Shown: one piece after another, positions 17,062 through 20,316 of the stretch
How positions within the stretch are numbered: position 1 is the first letter of the stretch
Layout: each line of letters starts with the position of its first letter
Assembly: GCA_033763905.1 (NCBI GenBank)
Contig: JANRJP010000114.1
Span: 1-20,316, forward strand
DNA: 20,316 nt
Direction: 5' to 3'
Source of the DNA: Gemmatimonadaceae bacterium
GTDB lineage: Bacteria > Gemmatimonadota > Gemmatimonadetes > Gemmatimonadales > Gemmatimonadaceae
Translations under genes and position numbers: made by a program
The notes under the pieces: generated by a model
The model's input: only the letters and a program-made list of their open reading frames with translations
What the model was told of the DNA's origin: nothing
The model's database searches: none

Positions 17062-17094
17062 CGGCGTGCGTGAAACGTTGGGGTGAAACACTAC

Positions 17095-17120
17095 GTACTC
17101 ACAACATATCGGCGAGTTCC
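17095..17120 (-). promoter_or_regulatory. Candidate ECF promoter of msrB
   Basis: The minus strand reads GGAAC-N17-GTAC, ~33 nt upstream of the ATG. Confidence 0.45.
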
Positions 17121-17159
17121 GCCGATCGCGTGGTACGTTGTCCCCAATTCCATCGTCGT

Positions 17160-17738
17160 ATGTCTAATCGCATGCTGTATCTGATTCCCGTCGTGTCTTT
17201 CGCCGTGGTCGCCTGCGCCGCCGAGAAGACTGAGCAGATGGCCAACACGGCGGCCGCGCCGACCGCCGCCGAACGTGGCAAGTACCTGGTCACCACGGGC
17301 GGCTGCCACGACTGTCACACGCCCAAGGTGATGGGCCCGCAGGGGCCGATGATCGACAGCACGCGGCTGTTTGCCGGGCATCCCGCGAACGAGCCGATCG
17401 GTCCGCTGCCGAAGGATGTCCCGGGCCCGAGCGGCTGGATTGCCGCGACGAACGCGCATCAGACGGCGTGGGTCGGGCCGTGGGGCGTCAGCTATGCGGC
17501 CAACTTGACGCCGCACGCCTCGGGGATGGGGACGTGGACCGAAGCCCAGTTCATCGCCACGATGCGGACGGGGAAGCATCTGGGCACGGGGCGACCGGTG
17601 CTGCCGCCAATGCCGGTCGCGAGTCTCGCCGCGTCAACGGACGAGGATCTCAAGGCGATCTTCGCGTATCTCCAGTCGGTGCCCGCCGTCGACAACACGG
17701 TGCCTGCGCCGCAGCCACCGGCCGCGCCGAAGAACTGA
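17160..17738 (+). CDS. c-type cytochrome lipoprotein, 192 aa
   Basis: Lipobox-like VVAC, ERGKYLV...GCHDCHTP (single CxxCH), [17 protein letters not shown] (likely axial Met) and [13 protein letters not shown]. Confidence 0.88.
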   Translation: MSNRMLYLIPVVSFAVVACAAEKTEQMANTAAAPTAAERGKYLVTTGGCHDCHTPKVMGPQGPMIDSTRLFAGHPANEPIGPLPKDVPGPSGWIAATNAHQTAWVGPWGVSYAANLTPHASGMGTWTEAQFIATMRTGKHLGTGRPVLPPMPVASLAASTDEDLKAIFAYLQSVPAVDNTVPAPQPPAAPKN

Positions 17739-17784
17739 GCGCCGAGGCGGCACATCGCCGCGACGCGCACTAAACTGCAGGGCA

Positions 17785-18393
17785 ATGATGCCGGTTCAGT
17801 CGATCGTGCTGGTGGCAGTGCTCTGCGGGGCCGTGCTCGTCGCGGCGCCGGTTCCCGTGCCGGCGCAGCGGTGCGGCGTGTCCAGATGGCCGGTGAAAAT
17901 CTGGAGCGACCTGACCGCCGATTCGGTGCGCGCGGACTCGGTGGTGTCGACGTCGATTGCCGCGTTGCGCGCGATGCCGCGGCCGACGGGCCGATTCGAG
18001 CAGCGGGTCCGTCGCGGGCCGATCGAGCACACGGTGTACCGCGTGCGCGCGCGCCTTGCGCAAGTCCTCACCGAGGACGACAGCGACGTGCATCTGATCT
18101 TGCGAGACCCCGAGGACCCGTCACTGACGCTCGTGGCCGAGATCCCCGATTCGGTCTGCGCGCTGACCAGTCGTGCCGCCTCGGCGTTTGCCGAGGCCCG
18201 TCGCCAGTTGCGCCGCATGCCGCGCGGTGGGCTCGTCGAGGTGGAAGGGATCGGGTTCTTCGACTTTCTGCACGGCCAGCGCGGAATGGCGCCGAGTGGA
18301 CTCGAATTGCATCCGGTGCTGTCGCTGCGTCCGCTCCGCAGCGAGGGCAGCGACGCCGCTCCTCCGTCGACCGTCCGCCGCGCCCCCCGATGA
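17785..18393 (+). CDS. Exported hypothetical protein, OB-fold-like, 202 aa
   Basis: Hydrophobic signal peptide. Conserved-looking motifs CGVSRWPVK, EDDSDVHLIL, LVAEIPD..C, VEVEGIGFFDFLHGQ and ELHPV. The beta-strand order resembles an OB fold (inference). Confidence 0.65.
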   Translation: MMPVQSIVLVAVLCGAVLVAAPVPVPAQRCGVSRWPVKIWSDLTADSVRADSVVSTSIAALRAMPRPTGRFEQRVRRGPIEHTVYRVRARLAQVLTEDDSDVHLILRDPEDPSLTLVAEIPDSVCALTSRAASAFAEARRQLRRMPRGGLVEVEGIGFFDFLHGQRGMAPSGLELHPVLSLRPLRSEGSDAAPPSTVRRAPR

Positions 18394-20108
18394 GTCCAAA
18401 CGTCACCGACCGCCAGTCGAGCCTGCCGGAGGCGATGAAGGACCCCGCGCAGCAGCTCAATCACTATCGACTGCCCGAGTTGGCGGTGTTCTGCTGCGAG
18501 TACCCGGCTGCGCCGGACGACGAGGCGCTGACGGCGGTGAAGCTGGCACGGCTGGCGGAAATGGCGCCGGATGTCGTGGTCGATCTCACCACGCCGCACG
18601 ACGGGCTCGTGCCCTACGACCTGCAGAGTTTCGACGCGGCGGCCAGTCTGCTGCCGGACGCCGGTCGGCGGTACGCCCCGATGCACTGGCGACGTCCGAT
18701 TCCCGATGCGGGGACGCCCGCCACGCTCGATGCGTTTGCACAGCTCGTCGAAGCGGTCGCCTCGGCGATTCGCGACGGCCGACGTGTCGCCATTCACTGC
18801 TGGGGTGGTGTCGGGCGCACGGGAATGCTGGCCGCCGCGCTGCTGGTGCGCTTCGGGTGGACAGCCGATGACGCGCTCGAGACCGTGGATGCGCTCTGGC
18901 GATCGACACCCAAGGCGCGACGACCTCAGCACACGTCGCGGACCGCGCCGGAGACGCCGGTGCAGATCGCGATGGTGCGAGACTATGCGTCGCTGTGCGC
19001 CAGTCGTGCGCCGCACGTCGCGCCGCGCGCGGCGGCCTCGCGCGTCACACTCCAGCAGAGTCGCGGGTGTCTGGTGGGAGGCGCGATCGGCGACGCGCTG
19101 GGGGGCGCGGTTGAGTTCATTTCGTGGAGCGAGATTCGCCGACTGTACGGGCCCGATGGTGTGACCGATCTGGTGCCGAGTTACGGGATCCTTGGCGCGG
19201 TCACCGATGACACGCAGATGTCCCTGTTCACCGGCGAAGGCGTGTTGCGGGCCGCAGGGCGCGGTGACGCCCCGACCGCGGCGGTGTCATCGATCTGGTA
19301 CGCGTACCAGCGCTGGTTGCACACCCAGGGGTGGCCGGCGGATCCGCGCGCCCTCGAGACGGCGCGCGGCGGTGCGACGTTGCTCGCGGAGCCGGGGCTG
19401 TATCATCGGCGCGCGCCGGGCAACACCTGCATCTCGGCGTTGCGGATGCACGCCGACCGTTCGCGCGGCGGCGATCGCGTCGCGAACATCTCCAAGGGGT
19501 GCGGCACCGTGATGCGCGTCGCGCCGATCGGGCTGCACTACGCGCCGGAACTGGCGTACCAGATCGGCATCGAGAGCTCGTGGCTGACGCACGGGCACGT
19601 CACCGGATTCATTGCCGGTGGCGCGTTCGCGATGCTGATCTCGCTGGTGGTCGACGGGGTGCCGTTGCGCGAGGCGGTGCAGGCGGTGCGCGCCCGAGTG
19701 TACGCGGATGTCGTCTCGTACGAATCGGATGACGTGATGGCCGTCGTGCGCGCGATCGATCACGCCGTCGCGCGTGCGCAGCACGGTGCGCTGACGCCGC
19801 TGATGATCGAATCGCTGGGCGGCGGTTGGGTGGCCGAGGAAGCCCTGTCGATCGCCATCGCCTGCGCTCTCGCGTACGAAGGTGACGCGACGCGCGCGCT
19901 GTTGGCGGCCGTGAACCATTCGGGCGACTCGGACTCGACCGGTTCGATGGTGGGCCAATTGCTGGGTGTCCGGGTTGGCTGGTCGGCCCTGCCGACCGCG
20001 TGGCGCCGAGCGGTCGAGCCCGGCATCGGCCTGTTCGCGGTGGCGGATGCGCTCGCGATCGGGCACGAGGCCTCGGGCTGGTGGCGCCGGCGGTGGCCGG
20101 CGGAGTGA
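18390..20108 (+). CDS. Fusion of a cysteine-based protein tyrosine/dual-specificity phosphatase and an ADP-ribosylglycohydrolase (DraG/ARH family), 572 aa
   Basis: ATG 18390 overlaps the upstream stop (ATGA). PTP part: PIPDAGTP acid loop, HCWGGVGRTG P-loop (18795), PETPVQ. ARH part: GGAIGDALG, TDDTQM (19203), SKGCGTVMRVAP, THGH, GGWVAEEAL, NHSGDSDSTG (19923). Confidence 0.9.
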   Translation: MSPNVTDRQSSLPEAMKDPAQQLNHYRLPELAVFCCEYPAAPDDEALTAVKLARLAEMAPDVVVDLTTPHDGLVPYDLQSFDAAASLLPDAGRRYAPMHWRRPIPDAGTPATLDAFAQLVEAVASAIRDGRRVAIHCWGGVGRTGMLAAALLVRFGWTADDALETVDALWRSTPKARRPQHTSRTAPETPVQIAMVRDYASLCASRAPHVAPRAAASRVTLQQSRGCLVGGAIGDALGGAVEFISWSEIRRLYGPDGVTDLVPSYGILGAVTDDTQMSLFTGEGVLRAAGRGDAPTAAVSSIWYAYQRWLHTQGWPADPRALETARGGATLLAEPGLYHRRAPGNTCISALRMHADRSRGGDRVANISKGCGTVMRVAPIGLHYAPELAYQIGIESSWLTHGHVTGFIAGGAFAMLISLVVDGVPLREAVQAVRARVYADVVSYESDDVMAVVRAIDHAVARAQHGALTPLMIESLGGGWVAEEALSIAIACALAYEGDATRALLAAVNHSGDSDSTGSMVGQLLGVRVGWSALPTAWRRAVEPGIGLFAVADALAIGHEASGWWRRRWPAE

Positions 20109-20118
20109 CGCGTGGTGA

Positions 20119-20165
20119 CGCGATCCTCACCGACCACCCAAGGCGAATCGTCGGTGAGGATCGCG
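20119..20165. terminator. 16-bp perfect inverted repeat between convergent genes, probable terminator
   Basis: CGCGATCCTCACCGAC-N15-GTCGGTGAGGATCGCG lies between the stops at 20108 (+) and 20179 (-). Confidence 0.65.
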
Positions 20166-20178
20166 CTGGCGCGGCCGC

Positions 20179-20316
20179 TTAGAACTTCCAATTCAGGCCA
20201 ATGAGCGGCAACAGCGCTACCTGCGGACGCCACTCCACTTGGTTGGTCTTCGCGTTCCACTGCTGCACCGAGCGGTTCTCGCGGTTCGTGACGTTCTGAA
20301 TCTCGAAGTACGTCGA
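20179..20316 (-). CDS. 3' end of a TonB-dependent receptor-like outer-membrane protein (partial)
   Basis: The minus strand translates STYFEIQNVTNRENRSVQQWNAKTNQVEWRPQVALLPLIGLNWKF*. The Y..xxNxxNxxN box and terminal Phe are typical of TonB-dependent receptors. Confidence 0.75.
   Translation of the reverse strand, partial: STYFEIQNVTNRENRSVQQWNAKTNQVEWRPQVALLPLIGLNWKF

Noticed and set aside
14047..17073. 1008-aa + strand ORF
   Set aside because: It is in exact codon register antisense to the kinase and msrB, which happen to share a frame. It is rich in Arg/His/Gly with no motifs, a typical high-GC shadow ORF.
17070..17089. GTGAAAC direct repeat upstream of msrB
   Set aside because: Only two 7-mers with no other copy noticed, which is not enough to call an operator.
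17871..18389. 173-aa N-terminal extension of the phosphatase-ARH ORF
   Set aside because: It overlaps the better-supported 17785-18393 gene in another frame and is low-complexity Arg/Ala/Pro. The ATGA coupling supports a start at 18390.
1..20316. CRISPR arrays, tRNA/rRNA, transposases, integrases, prophage genes, selenocysteine read-through in the redox genes
   Set aside because: I saw no spaced repeats, RNA gene signatures or mobility motifs. The redox genes have ordinary Cys codons and no in-frame TGA.

Overview
GC-rich, gene-dense bacterial window with many secreted, lipoprotein and outer-membrane genes. The style suggests Gemmatimonadota, but that is an inference only. From left to right: (1) a + strand outer-membrane cluster made of a partial beta-barrel-like gene, a patatin-Omp85 (PlpD-like) gene and an HExxH peptidase/beta-propeller/Omp85-like gene; (2) a convergent small beta-barrel gene; (3) a DUF885-like protein and a large lipoprotein DNA/RNA non-specific endonuclease (2x lamin-tail, 2x Ig-like, PKD); (4) a - strand redox block in the order msrB, PAS hybrid histidine kinase, exported peroxiredoxin-like protein, SigR/SigH-like ECF sigma, RsrA-like zinc anti-sigma, cytochrome b and Tat-exported MsrP-like molybdoenzyme, where three intergenic gaps carry a shared GGAAC-N17/18-STAS candidate ECF promoter; (5) a divergent c-type cytochrome lipoprotein, then an exported OB-fold-like protein translationally coupled to a tyrosine-phosphatase/ADP-ribosylglycohydrolase fusion; (6) the 3' end of a TonB-dependent receptor. 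I saw no RNA genes, CRISPR arrays or mobile elements. All calls come from motif recognition by eye, with no database searches.
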